From Paludibacteraceae bacterium (lineage in GTDB: Bacteria; Bacteroidota; Bacteroidia; Bacteroidales; Paludibacteraceae), in NCBI GenBank assembly GCA_017630395.1, contig JAGBVI010000070.1, positions 630 through 32,629 on the forward strand: a DNA stretch of 32,000 bases. Direction: 5' to 3'. Position 1 is the first letter of the stretch. Each line of letters begins with the position of its first letter. The notes beneath the pieces are model-generated. The model was not told the origin of the DNA. It saw only the letters and a list, made by a program, of their open reading frames with translations, and did no database searches. Positions 7,581 through 16,022 of this stretch are shown here, piece by piece. Both the position numbers and the translations under genes were made by a program.

Positions 7581-7820
7581 GTGTATTATGATTACGGTGA
7601 AAATTTAACTCAATTCAGTCATTTTATGTATTTTAACCTGCTTGGGGAGTTGTCTTGTCGTGTTGATAATAAAAATGATGCAGAGCCTTATCGCAATGTT
7701 TATTATTCTCGCTTCGGGAAGTCTCTTCAAGGGCTGAAAGCAAATGAACCGATGGTGGTCGTTTCTAAAAATGATAAAGATCAAATAATCAGTAGCGAGA
7801 TAACAATATGGAGACCATAA
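7581..7820 (+). CDS. Orphan small hypothetical ORF (79 codons from GTG, 64 from ATG 7626). It may be a gene remnant.
   Basis: This is the only protein-like ORF in the 0.8-kb spacer. The frame is open from 7479, but there is no ATG, GTG or TTG before 7581. I recognised no family motif and found no promoter box. The terminator hairpin lies 75 nt downstream. Confidence 0.2.
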   Translation: MYYDYGENLTQFSHFMYFNLLGELSCRVDNKNDAEPYRNVYYSRFGKSLQGLKANEPMVVVSKNDKDQIISSEITIWRP

Positions 7821-7894
7821 GGATGAGATTGTTTTCTCCACTATGCAGATGAAACGAGACCAAGAGTAGAAATAAGTTCCTATTACAAAAAATG

Positions 7895-7935
7895 AATGCC
7901 CCCTAAAGTCTGAGCAATCAACTTTAGGGGGCATT
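7895..7935 (-). terminator. Rho-independent terminator of the CotH-family gene, possibly bidirectional
   Basis: 15-bp perfect stem AATGCCCCCTAAAGT (7895-7909) pairing with ACTTTAGGGGGCATT (7921-7935), with an 11-nt loop. On the minus strand it is followed by TTTTTT. Confidence 0.8.
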
Positions 7936-7956
7936 TCAATTTAGAGAATATTTGAT

Positions 7957-10956
7957 TTATTTTTTTATCAATTTAGCAGTTACATATCCATCCGGAGTTT
8001 GAACAGCTACAAAATAGATACCTGCTTTTAATCCGCTTACATCCACAGAATCTCCGTTACAAATTGATTTAGATAGTAGAATGTTACCTGTTATATTGCA
8101 GATAGATACAGCAGAACAATTATCCCAAGGTAAAGCGAAGTATAATTCGTTCTCTACCGGATTCGGATAAATCGCCATTGTAGCTTCATCAGCAGAAACG
8201 GTTGGTACATCTATATCGAATCCATATTGATTCAACTCTTCAAAAGTTGTCCAAGCTGTAATTTTCCAATCGCCCTCTTTGTTGTATGCAAACCGAGCGT
8301 AAGATTCGTTTCTTCTCAATACCTTTGTTGTGACAGAGTCAATAATGGAGATATTCTTTTCTTCGTCCATTACAGAGAGGAAGATAGTTTGGATACTAAG
8401 TTTATTCAGTTTAAAATTACTATGAAGTGGACCTTGAGCAGAATCTTTATCCATCCAAATAATTTTATAACCATTAGCATCGATAGAAGTTACTTCCGGG
8501 GCGTTTGTAGGGATTTGGTACATAGTTAAGTTATTCTTGTCATTCGAGATGTACATACCACCCAAGTCATCAGCCTTTTCACTTCTGTTATAAATTTCAA
8601 TCCAATCGTTAGCTTCTCTGAACTCATCAACATAGACAGAGTTGGAAGTACAAATTTCGTTGATGAACAAAGCTCTTTCATCAGCCTTATACTCCTCATC
8701 TTTGACATAACTTGCTTTAAGAGTTTCACCTGCATAGTATTGATTGTCATACACTTTTGAAGATACTTTTTTCACTGTACCATCCAAATAAGTTACTTCC
8801 CAATGGTCAAATTTGTATCCTTTTACCTCTTCAGCCACAACGTTGCAATGCAGACTATCAAAGAAGTAGCCATTGTAGTCGGCAATGATAATAGGTTCAT
8901 CATTCAATCTATAGGCACTATTTTCGATATTAGAGTAGATTCGCATAGGAATAGTGTCCATTTTGAATTTTAAGCTTAAGTGTTTGTACATGTTTCGAGG
9001 ACGATTTTTCCAGAAACTCTTGATAGTGTTGATATCTTTTTCAAAATCAGCTTCAATACCTAATTCGTTCTCGATAATGTGATTTCTATAGAATTCCACT
9101 TCATTTTCGATATTCCCAATCAAGCTATCCAATGTTTTTTCAACATTATCGTATTTAAATGTTGTTGCAGAATGAACAAAGAATTTAGTGATGAATTTTT
9201 CTTTGAATTTAGGGTAATTCAAAATAGCTTTCAGCATAGGTTCATTGTTGATTGCATGATTCAAGCGATTTGTGGTTTTGTAGTCTCCGTATAGCGACTG
9301 ACTAAATTCCGCACCAAATAAAATCCATCTCCAACGGCCACCCTCTTCAGCTGGTCTCCAACGACGAGTGTTACCTGGCATCCAGTCGCTATTGGCAATA
9401 TAAATTTGAGTTACGAAGTAGTTGAACATCTCTTCGATGTCCACCATGTTATAGATATACCTTTGAATAGAATCAAGTGTGTCGCCAGTCGATTTAGAAT
9501 GTTTTTTAATATAGTCTATAGTTTCAAGAAAATTCTCAGAATGAGATCCCTCACCATGGAACATAATTTCATCTTCGTTGAAACCATGATTAGAGAAGAC
9601 GTTATCTTTTTGAGCTCTTTCACGGATATTCAACATACCGTAGTATTCTCCATTGATGAATACGGAAGAAGGTTGGTATGCCTGATGGTCTACATCCATT
9701 GTAGAGTTGGCAACTAAAGTATGAACAAGTCCATCGCGAACAAATGAACGACCAAAATCGTTTCCTGAATTTCTCAAGACAATACTCTTCCAGCGAAGGT
9801 TTGGTTTTTCTGAAAAGATGGAGTAATCAAATTCATTTCCACCGTAGATTTTGGAGGCGTTTACTTTAAGCGATTTTATTCTCTTTGTGCGCGAGCACGA
9901 ACCATAAACACCGATTTTAACCTCCAAGTTGATTTGTTCTTTATCATTTGCATCAAACAATTCGAAATTGGAAGGATGTTTCCAATCGTTGTAATAGTTG
10001 GCATAAGTATTTTCAAGAGGATCGTTACAATAGCCTGGAATTTCTACATTTCCGTTTACTCCGGTCGCGATTATTCCGAAAGAGTCTCCATATATCAATT
10101 CAGGTTCAGCCACCAATGCAACCACCGGGATATTGATTTCCCTTTCATCAATAAAATAAGAAGCCGTATTGATTTCGCTGCTGATCTCGCCATCAACAAA
10201 TGCTGCAGCTCTGATAGGAGTATTTTTTTCAATTATTATTGGTTCTGTGTAGGGAGTACTTTGTGGAGTAGGTTCAGAACCATTGGTTGTATAATAAATT
10301 TTTGCATTTTTGTCTTTTACAGACATTTCAATAGTTTGAGCATCTTTATAAAATCCCGGTTTTAAACTGAATGAAGGCATTTCTGTTTGTTTCGTAAGGA
10401 ATTTACCACCCTCATTGCTCTTTCCGGGAGATGGTACAGCAAATGTACCAATTTCGGCACTTCCGTCAGTTAATCTACCAACAGACATATTGCGATAGGT
10501 AGTGTCATACTTCAATTCGTCAATGATGGTGCCTGTTTCATCAGACAAGTAAAGAGCGCCATTTTCTACGTCCAACTTAAAATTTGTGTGGTAAGGAGAG
10601 AATGATTCCACCTCGTCTAAATAGACCAATAGATATTGACCGGCTTCAATGATAACTGGTTCACCATCAATAGGGTTTCCATCTTCATCTTGAATAGGGG
10701 AAGAAGATTCAAATTTCCACTTGGTAGGTCTGTTTGTTCTATCCGACAAGAAGTAATTGGTGATATCTACCGCTTCAGCTCCTGAGTTGTATAACTCAGC
10801 CCAACCGGAGTACTGTAACTTGTCATCCATTAAATAACTTACATTTTTAGGCATCAACTCATTGATGATAACCGAAGCTTCAGCGAAGAATACTCCACTC
10901 ATGAGCATAATCGCAAGGAATGTTTTTCTTAGCATTTTTTTATTATTTTGGAACAT
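7957..10956 (-). CDS. CotH kinase-family protein with two lamin-tail (LTD) domains and a T9SS type-A C-terminal sorting domain
   Basis: Signal peptide LRKTFLAIMLMSGVFFAEA. LTD-like segments (VIINELMPKN...GWAELYNSGAEAVDITNYFLSD and LFINEICTSNS...NDWIEIYNRSEKADDLGGMYISND). Chitobiase/hexosaminidase C-terminal-like module (KIYYTTNGSEPTPQSTPYTEPIIIEKNTPIRAAAF). Central CotH-like region (LRNSGNDFGRSFVRDGLVHTLV...YIANSDWMPGNTRRW). CTD IYPNPVENELYFALP...GLKAGIYFVAVQTPDGYVTAKLIKK. Confidence 0.85.
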   Translation of the reverse strand: MFQNNKKMLRKTFLAIMLMSGVFFAEASVIINELMPKNVSYLMDDKLQYSGWAELYNSGAEAVDITNYFLSDRTNRPTKWKFESSSPIQDEDGNPIDGEPVIIEAGQYLLVYLDEVESFSPYHTNFKLDVENGALYLSDETGTIIDELKYDTTYRNMSVGRLTDGSAEIGTFAVPSPGKSNEGGKFLTKQTEMPSFSLKPGFYKDAQTIEMSVKDKNAKIYYTTNGSEPTPQSTPYTEPIIIEKNTPIRAAAFVDGEISSEINTASYFIDEREINIPVVALVAEPELIYGDSFGIIATGVNGNVEIPGYCNDPLENTYANYYNDWKHPSNFELFDANDKEQINLEVKIGVYGSCSRTKRIKSLKVNASKIYGGNEFDYSIFSEKPNLRWKSIVLRNSGNDFGRSFVRDGLVHTLVANSTMDVDHQAYQPSSVFINGEYYGMLNIRERAQKDNVFSNHGFNEDEIMFHGEGSHSENFLETIDYIKKHSKSTGDTLDSIQRYIYNMVDIEEMFNYFVTQIYIANSDWMPGNTRRWRPAEEGGRWRWILFGAEFSQSLYGDYKTTNRLNHAINNEPMLKAILNYPKFKEKFITKFFVHSATTFKYDNVEKTLDSLIGNIENEVEFYRNHIIENELGIEADFEKDINTIKSFWKNRPRNMYKHLSLKFKMDTIPMRIYSNIENSAYRLNDEPIIIADYNGYFFDSLHCNVVAEEVKGYKFDHWEVTYLDGTVKKVSSKVYDNQYYAGETLKASYVKDEEYKADERALFINEICTSNSVYVDEFREANDWIEIYNRSEKADDLGGMYISNDKNNLTMYQIPTNAPEVTSIDANGYKIIWMDKDSAQGPLHSNFKLNKLSIQTIFLSVMDEEKNISIIDSVTTKVLRRNESYARFAYNKEGDWKITAWTTFEELNQYGFDIDVPTVSADEATMAIYPNPVENELYFALPWDNCSAVSICNITGNILLSKSICNGDSVDVSGLKAGIYFVAVQTPDGYVTAKLIKK

Positions 10957-10981
10957 TTATACGTTCATTTCAATTCTTTTG

Positions 10982-11013
10982 CAAATTTATATTTAATTTT
11001 TCTATTCGCCAAA
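10982..11013 (-). promoter_or_regulatory. Bacteroides-type promoter for the CotH-family gene
   Basis: On the minus strand there is TAAATTTG (plus CAAATTTA, 10982-10989) and TTTG (plus CAAA, 11010-11013) with a 20-nt spacer. The -7 box lies 26 nt upstream of ATG 10956. Confidence 0.5.
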
Positions 11014-11051
11014 TAAATTTATTTCTTACCATCTGTAATTTAGTGAGATAT

Positions 11052-11097
11052 ATTTCTCTTGAAGGATAAAATTTTTTACTCTCATTGCAAGAGAAAT
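11052..11097. repeat. 10-bp inverted repeat ATTTCTCTTG-N26-CAAGAGAAAT
   Basis: Read directly from the sequence. It lies between the oad terminator and the CotH promoter. Confidence 0.5.
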
Positions 11098-11121
11098 TTA
11101 TACCACTGATTTGCCCAAAAG

Positions 11122-11158
11122 AAAAGGTGCGCAACAGAAAAGTCTTTGCGCACCTTTT
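11122..11158 (-). terminator. Rho-independent terminator of the oadGAB operon
   Basis: 13-bp stem AAAAGGTGCGCAA (11122-11134) pairing with TTGCGCACCTTTT (11146-11158), with an 11-nt loop. A T-rich tail follows on the minus strand. It lies 24 nt after the oadB stop. Confidence 0.75.
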
Positions 11159-11181
11159 TTATCATTACTTTATTATTTTAC

Positions 11182-12426
11182 TCATCCCAAGAAAGAGATT
11201 AAGATACCTGCAGCCACTGCAGAACCGATAACCCCGGATACATTGGATGACATGCAATAGTTTAATACGTGGTTTTTAGGATCGTATTTCAAAGCGATGT
11301 CGTTAGCAACACGAGATGCCATAGGAACTGCACTTAAGCCTGTTGCACCCACCAATGGATTGATTTTCTTCTTGGCAAAAAGATTCCAAACTTTCACCAT
11401 CAATACACCTCCCAAAATAGATAGACCAAAAGCAAAGAATCCACCTACCACAATACCTATGGTTTGAATGTTTAAGAATGAATCAACAGTCATGGTAGCC
11501 CCAACGCACAATCCTAAGAAGATGGTTGCTGTATTCATGATGCCGTTAGAAGCTGCATTAAATAGGCGAGAGGTGTTGTTTCCGATCTCTTTGATTAGGT
11601 TACCAAACATCAACATACCCACCAATGACACAGCGTCCGGTACGATTATTGCAACAATTGTTGTAACTGCAATAGGGAAGATAATTTTCAATACCCTCAT
11701 GTTTTTGAACTCTGTTTTTGAAGGGTAAAGTTTATCTTGCTCTTTCATATTGATCTTTAGTTCTTTCTCCGAACAACTTAGTTTTACAACTAAAGGAACA
11801 ATCACCGGAACTAAAGCCATATAAGAGTAAGCCGCAATTGCAATTGGTCCTAATAGGTGAGGAGCCAATTTCAATGTTGTGAAGATAGCAGTAGGACCAT
11901 CGGCACCACCAATGATAGCCAAAGAGGCAGCCTCTTTCATGGTAAAGAATTGGCTACCGATTAGTAATACAGCAAAAATACCCAATTGAGCCGCCGCACC
12001 AAAAATTGCCAATTTTAAGTTTCGTAACATCGGACCAAAGTCTGTCAATGCACCTACACCCATAAAGATGATAGGAGGAAGTAGTCCCGATTTAATCAAC
12101 GCATAATAAAGGAAGTTCATGATTCCCAAGTCATGCGCAATTTCAGGCAAAGACATCTCATAGATATTTTTAACCACCTCTGCACCATTTAAGGTGTAGC
12201 GCACAAAACCTTCTCCATCGGTTGCAATAACACCCATTCCACCTCCAGGAAAGTTAGCGATTAGAACGCCAAATGCGATTGGAACAAGAAGTAGGGGTTC
12301 AAACTCTTTTTTGATACCAAGGTAAAGTAAAACAAACCCCAAAAGAATCATGATTAAATAGCCGGGCTGTGCGATAAGTTCATTTATCGCAGTCATGCCA
12401 TATATATTTTCTAATATTTCGCGCAT
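11182..12426 (-). CDS. oadB: Sodium ion-translocating decarboxylase, beta subunit
   Basis: A polytopic 414-aa protein. The N-terminus (LIAQPGYLIMILLGFVLLYLGIKKEFEPLLLVPIAFGVLIANFP) and the GADGPTAIF motif are typical of the OadB/GcdB/MmdB family. It is adjacent to the alpha and gamma subunit genes. Confidence 0.9.
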   Translation of the reverse strand: MREILENIYGMTAINELIAQPGYLIMILLGFVLLYLGIKKEFEPLLLVPIAFGVLIANFPGGGMGVIATDGEGFVRYTLNGAEVVKNIYEMSLPEIAHDLGIMNFLYYALIKSGLLPPIIFMGVGALTDFGPMLRNLKLAIFGAAAQLGIFAVLLIGSQFFTMKEAASLAIIGGADGPTAIFTTLKLAPHLLGPIAIAAYSYMALVPVIVPLVVKLSCSEKELKINMKEQDKLYPSKTEFKNMRVLKIIFPIAVTTIVAIIVPDAVSLVGMLMFGNLIKEIGNNTSRLFNAASNGIMNTATIFLGLCVGATMTVDSFLNIQTIGIVVGGFFAFGLSILGGVLMVKVWNLFAKKKINPLVGATGLSAVPMASRVANDIALKYDPKNHVLNYCMSSNVSGVIGSAVAAGILISFLG

Positions 12427-12434
12427 AGCCTCAA

Positions 12435-14273
12435 TTATTTAATTTTCATCAATACATCATCTTCAGAAACAGAAGCTCCGCTGCTTAAGCAGATTTCTGT
12501 CACTACACCATCCCATTCAGAAGCGATGGCGTTAAATGTTTTCATTGCCTCTACGTAGCAGATTACTTGTCCTTTTTTAACAGAGTCACCCACCTTAACT
12601 GCAGCATCGCCGGAATTTTTCACCAAGTAGAATTTACCTTCAAGAGGAGACAACAATTCGTTGCCTTCGCCCGGTGCAACGTTGGTAGTTGCTGCAGGAG
12701 TAGCAGAAGAAGAACCATCGTTAGCTCCGATTACAACATTATATTTAGCTCCATTTACATCCACAGTAACTGTTTGAGGCAATGAAATTTCGCCACTTCC
12801 GCCTTTTGCATTTTTCTTTGCTTTTCTTTCTGTCAAATCTGCTTCAAAGTCAGCTTTTGCTTTTCCTGATTTGTAGGCACGATATTGTTGCGGATGCATA
12901 GCTAATTCAAACAATTCTTCGTCATCTTCACCAAGCTCCCATCCCTCTTTTTTCATCTCTTCTCTGAAAGAATCCAATGCGTCAGGATAGTTGCTTTGAG
13001 GATCTTCTGTATGGAATTCACGACCTTGTTCTTTTGCTTTCTGAATCAATTCAGGAGCCAATTCACCCGGAAGATTTCCAGATTTACCCAACATCATATC
13101 CCAAATGTCATCAGCAATCATAGACCATCTCTCTTTCCCTTTCTCCATTTGCATAACGTTCATCAACGCCATGTTTTTAACATATTGAGAGAATGGAGTT
13201 ACCAAGCAAGGGTATCCCATCATCGGCCAAACATATTTCACCTCATCAAACAATTTGATAAGAAGCTCGTCCTGAGTCATTTTAAGTTTACCATTTTTTT
13301 CTTTCCATTTGTTGATAGACTCCAAATTGGTTTCAAGGTCTGTCATCAATGATCCCATCATACCACCTGGTAAGCCCGGTCCGATTAATAATGAGTTCAT
13401 TTGGCGATTACGTTCAGGAATATAGTATCCCAAGAAGTCGTCCATCATCTCTTGTATCAATGTACGAGCTTCCATATAAGCTTCCATGTTAATCTCTTTT
13501 ACTTGGAAACCGGCATCTTTCAACATTGCTTGAACAGCAATAATATCAGCATGACCAGTACCCCAAGAAAGAGGTTCCATACCCACGTCAACATAGTCGC
13601 AACCCGCTTTACAAACCTCTAAAATTGAAGCCATATTAAAACCAGGTCCGGCATGACTATGATATTGGATAGTAATATCTTTGATTGCTTTGATATTTTT
13701 GGTTAATTCACCTAAAAAAGCAGGACGACCAATTCCAGCCATATCTTTCAAGCAAATTTCATCGCAACCCGCTTCAATCAATTCCTTTGCCATATTTGTG
13801 TAATACTCAACCGTATGAATAGGAGAGTAGGTGATGCAAAGGCAACATTGAGAAATCATTCCTCCTTCGTGAGCATAGGCGATTGAAGGGATGATATTAC
13901 GAGTATCATTCAATCCACAAAATGTTCTTGTGATATCTGTACCTTGTTTTTTCTTTACTTTGTAGAATAATTTTCTTACGTCGGCAGGAACAGGACTCAT
14001 TCTTAAACCATTCAAAGCACGATCCAACATGTGAGTTTGAATACCTGCATCATGAAATGGTTTTGTCCATTGTCTAACTGCTTTATTCGGATTTTCACCA
14101 AACAATAAATTAACTTGTTCAAATCCTCCACCATTTGTTTCTACTCGGTCGAAGCAACCCATTTTGATGATTGCAGGTGCCACTTTTACCAATTGATCCA
14201 CACGAGGAACATATTTCCCCGCTGCTTGCCACATATCTCTGAATACGAGACTGAATTTAACTTCTTTAGCCAT
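12435..14273 (-). CDS. oadA: Oxaloacetate decarboxylase alpha subunit (carboxyltransferase plus C-terminal biotinyl domain)
   Basis: HMGL-like/pyruvate carboxyltransferase features are present (CLKDMAGIG carbamyl-Lys motif, YHSHAGPGF HxH metal site). The C-terminal biotin attachment motif is VEAMKTFN. Confidence 0.9.
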   Translation of the reverse strand: MAKEVKFSLVFRDMWQAAGKYVPRVDQLVKVAPAIIKMGCFDRVETNGGGFEQVNLLFGENPNKAVRQWTKPFHDAGIQTHMLDRALNGLRMSPVPADVRKLFYKVKKKQGTDITRTFCGLNDTRNIIPSIAYAHEGGMISQCCLCITYSPIHTVEYYTNMAKELIEAGCDEICLKDMAGIGRPAFLGELTKNIKAIKDITIQYHSHAGPGFNMASILEVCKAGCDYVDVGMEPLSWGTGHADIIAVQAMLKDAGFQVKEINMEAYMEARTLIQEMMDDFLGYYIPERNRQMNSLLIGPGLPGGMMGSLMTDLETNLESINKWKEKNGKLKMTQDELLIKLFDEVKYVWPMMGYPCLVTPFSQYVKNMALMNVMQMEKGKERWSMIADDIWDMMLGKSGNLPGELAPELIQKAKEQGREFHTEDPQSNYPDALDSFREEMKKEGWELGEDDEELFELAMHPQQYRAYKSGKAKADFEADLTERKAKKNAKGGSGEISLPQTVTVDVNGAKYNVVIGANDGSSSATPAATTNVAPGEGNELLSPLEGKFYLVKNSGDAAVKVGDSVKKGQVICYVEAMKTFNAIASEWDGVVTEICLSSGASVSEDDVLMKIK

Positions 14274-14281
14274 TTTTTATC

Positions 14282-14539
14282 TTATTTTTTTTCTATTTTT
14301 TCTACTTTTCCTTTTCCATTAGTAATTTGTGCTATTGCAAGTTGTATTGCCTGTGCTACCGATGGGTCTATAGCAACATTTTCACTCTGACTGGTTACTT
14401 TTTTTACAACCTCTTCCGGTGCAAATTTATTAATTGCTTTGATAAGTAAATTTCCTAAACAGATGACTAGCAGCAATACCGAAAATACGGTTGCCATTCC
14501 TATCACCATCAACTGTAATGCTTCTAAAAAATTTTCCAT
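14282..14539 (-). CDS. oadG: Oxaloacetate decarboxylase gamma chain (small membrane anchor)
   Basis: 85 aa with a single N-terminal TM helix (LQLMVIGMATVFSVLLLVICLG). It is the first gene, immediately upstream of oadA, which is the classical oadGAB arrangement. Confidence 0.75.
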   Translation of the reverse strand: MENFLEALQLMVIGMATVFSVLLLVICLGNLLIKAINKFAPEEVVKKVTSQSENVAIDPSVAQAIQLAIAQITNGKGKVEKIEKK

Positions 14540-14579
14540 TTTTATTTCTATTAAATTTTATTTTCTTTGTTTTCAGTAC

Positions 14580-14587
14580 CAAAGATA
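14580..14587 (-). promoter_or_regulatory. Candidate -7 box (TATCTTTG on the minus strand) for oadGAB
   Basis: The plus strand reads CAAAGATA, 41 nt upstream of ATG 14539. No clear -33 element. Confidence 0.3.
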
Positions 14588-14714
14588 ATAACCTCCTTTT
14601 AAATTTCTCTTTTTTTTTGCTTTTTTTTCAAAAAATGGCTCTCTTTTGAAAATTTATGCAGAAACTGGCAAGTGTTATTTATCTGATAGATATGAAACTA
14701 TCTTATTTATGCTT

Positions 14715-15998
14715 TTACAAAAATATAAGCAGTAAAATTATGTTCATTATACAAATTGAACCAAAGCCCAATATAAGAGGTTTGAGAATAGTCTTTTTAG
14801 AGAAGAATATGCAATAAAGCATTTTTACTATATTGTTGCTTATTATTGCTTGAAATGCAGCTTGTATCAAAACTGTTTCTCCTACATTATTATTGGATTG
14901 AAATAGATTGATTAAAAATGGGTTGATATCGGTTACACCTACTAAGACAGAGAGGGTCATTAATCCGCTATCTCCAAAATATTGCAATGTATAATGTGTT
15001 ATTAGAGTGAAGGCAATGAATAATGATGCAAATATTAATGCAACTTTAAATTCCAATGGATTGCTTTCTTTGTATTCCTCTGCAGATATTTTATCTAAAG
15101 TACTCTCTTTTTTTCTGTAGTAAAAATAAAATATCACAGAAATTATTGCAGAGATACCAAACATGATAAGAAATATATGACAATACTTTTTTAGTAGTTC
15201 GATATTGAATATTCCTAGCAAAAACATAAATTTCAAATACATCATGGTGATAGCACAAAATATCGCAGAGATATATTGGAATTTGTTATTCTCTGCCTTT
15301 AAAACTTTTTTAGCTAATATCACGCATGTTGCAGTACTACTATAAATTCCTCCTAATATTCCGGAGACAATGATTCCCGAATCTTTAAAAACATATTTTT
15401 TCAGCAAGTAACTTACGTAAGAAATTCCGGAAATCACAACGGTTGCCAACCAAATGCTGTAGGGAGTTAAATCTAGCCCTTCGATAATTTCGGTGCGAGG
15501 AAGTATGGGTAGTATAACTCCCCATATTATCAGGAATTTAGCTAAGTTGATAAACTCTTCGTCTTGCATTCGTTTCGTAAATTGGATGAATTTGTTTTTC
15601 ATCTCTGTCAGAATCAAGACGGTAACAACAATCAACACTGATACCCATAGAGGTTTCATGTAGATTAGTGGTGCTAATCCATACGTTACAAATGCAATCA
15701 TTATGGAAGTGATTCCGAAACGCTTCAGCATAAATATTTTATGAACATAACTAATAGCCAATATCACTACAATAGATATGCCTCCACAGAGATATAAGCG
15801 CATGGTTATGGGATCTAACAGATAGAGTATATATCCTAAAATTCCAATCAATGTAAATGTCCGATCAGAACCAAATGAATTGTATCCATCCTCTTTCAAG
15901 TATAACTTTCTTTGTGAAAGTCCTATAACTAAAGAATAGAGTGCGATTAGTATGAAATTCTTTAGGTCTAATGGCATTATGTCCAATATCTCTTCCAT
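14715..15998 (-). CDS. MgtC/SapB-family plus DUF4010-type integral membrane protein
   Basis: 427 aa and highly hydrophobic throughout. The N-terminus (FILIALYSLVIGLSQRKL...GSDRTFTLIGILG) resembles the MgtC/DUF4010 fusion family common in Bacteroidetes. The assignment is from pattern memory only. Confidence 0.7.
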   Translation of the reverse strand: MEEILDIMPLDLKNFILIALYSLVIGLSQRKLYLKEDGYNSFGSDRTFTLIGILGYILYLLDPITMRLYLCGGISIVVILAISYVHKIFMLKRFGITSIMIAFVTYGLAPLIYMKPLWVSVLIVVTVLILTEMKNKFIQFTKRMQDEEFINLAKFLIIWGVILPILPRTEIIEGLDLTPYSIWLATVVISGISYVSYLLKKYVFKDSGIIVSGILGGIYSSTATCVILAKKVLKAENNKFQYISAIFCAITMMYLKFMFLLGIFNIELLKKYCHIFLIMFGISAIISVIFYFYYRKKESTLDKISAEEYKESNPLEFKVALIFASLFIAFTLITHYTLQYFGDSGLMTLSVLVGVTDINPFLINLFQSNNNVGETVLIQAAFQAIISNNIVKMLYCIFFSKKTILKPLILGFGSICIMNIILLLIFL

Positions 15999-16022
15999 CT
16001 CTTCCGTTTTTTCTGTTTACTC

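Noticed and set aside
7605-7934. A 109-aa minus-strand ORF in the spacer.
   Set aside because: Its start codon lies inside the terminator hairpin of the CotH-family gene. Its composition (Cys/Phe/Ile-rich) is not protein-like, and it is antisense to the more plausible plus-strand ORF.
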